Shown here one piece after another: positions 63,704 through 64,000 of a stretch of 64,000 bases of DNA (position 1 is its first letter; each line of letters begins with the position of its first letter). This DNA comes from Acidobacteriota bacterium. GTDB taxonomy: Bacteria > Acidobacteriota > Blastocatellia > HR10. The position numbers were made by a program, and so were the translations under genes. The stretch covers positions 8,870 to 72,869 of the forward strand of contig JAUQQC010000012.1 in NCBI GenBank assembly GCA_030550025.1. Reading direction: 5' to 3'. The notes below the pieces were generated by a model. It was given only the letters and a program-made list of their open reading frames with translations. It was not told the origin of the DNA and searched no databases.

Positions 63704-64000
63704 GTCGAGGTCGCGATCATTTCTTCGCCATCGTCAATCCGGCTGCGGGTGGAGGACGGTGTGGGAAGCGGGCCGAGTCCGTGCTGGCCGAACTTCGGGC
63801 GCACGGCCTGACAATGGAGGTCGTCTGGACGCGCGGACCCGGCGACGCGACCGCGCAGACGCGCGCGGCATATCGCGAAGGGTATCGCTCCTTCCTCATC
63901 GTTGGGGGCGATGGGACGACGTTCGAGGTCCTCAACGGGGTGTTCCCGGAGGCCGAGGGCGGGCCCGAGCGTCCGCGTTTGGCACTGCTCCCATTGGGGA
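63700..64000 (+). CDS. Diacylglycerol/sphingosine kinase family lipid kinase (runs off right edge)
   Basis: Not in the ORF track. Manual translation gives [19 protein letters not shown]...[14 protein letters not shown]...LALLPLG; ATGA-coupled to the ligase. Confidence 0.88.
   Translation, partial: MSRGRDHFFAIVNPAAGGGRCGKRAESVLAELRAHGLTMEVVWTRGPGDATAQTRAAYREGYRSFLIVGGDGTTFEVLNGVFPEAEGGPERPRLALLPLG

Overview
This is a gene-dense, GC-rich chromosomal window from a diderm bacterium. The acidobacterial-type VWA and carboxypeptidase-regulatory-domain proteins, together with the lpx genes, suggest Acidobacteriota, possibly Blastocatellia (inference). Bases 1-13.1 kb look like an acquired energy/ion module: the mrpABCD Na+/H+ antiporter, an EEP-family enzyme, a 5'-truncated Kef/CPA2 gene and a group 3b [NiFe]-hydrogenase operon with an embedded cNMP-binding protein, with degenerate short repeats at many junctions. 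Bases 13-43 kb are mostly housekeeping: penicillin acylase, GT2, queG, lpxD, 6S RNA-ymdB, skp-fabZ-lpxA-lpxI, tRNA-Sec, dprA-topA-truB and prkA-yhbH-spoVR. Bases 43.3-45.9 kb hold an uncharacterised sulfur-relay-like unit (PuuD-like membrane protein, three DsrE/F/H-like proteins, atypical TusA) behind a structured leader. Bases 48-52 kb hold a LysW-like orphan, a rubrerythrin/Fe-S oxidoreductase/DUF3501/dps operon with a Fur/PerR-like box, and tatA. Bases 52.3-64 kb hold a divergent two-operon lipid cluster (degenerate-HAD/fatty-acyl-reductase fusion, second reductase, pyruvyltransferase-like protein, two acyl-CoA ligases, ACP, lipid kinase, ferredoxin, deacetylase) that resembles a split ElbD ether-lipid pathway. 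That cluster and the sulfur-relay unit are the best candidates for undescribed systems. All family calls are from motif recognition by eye; no database searches were run.
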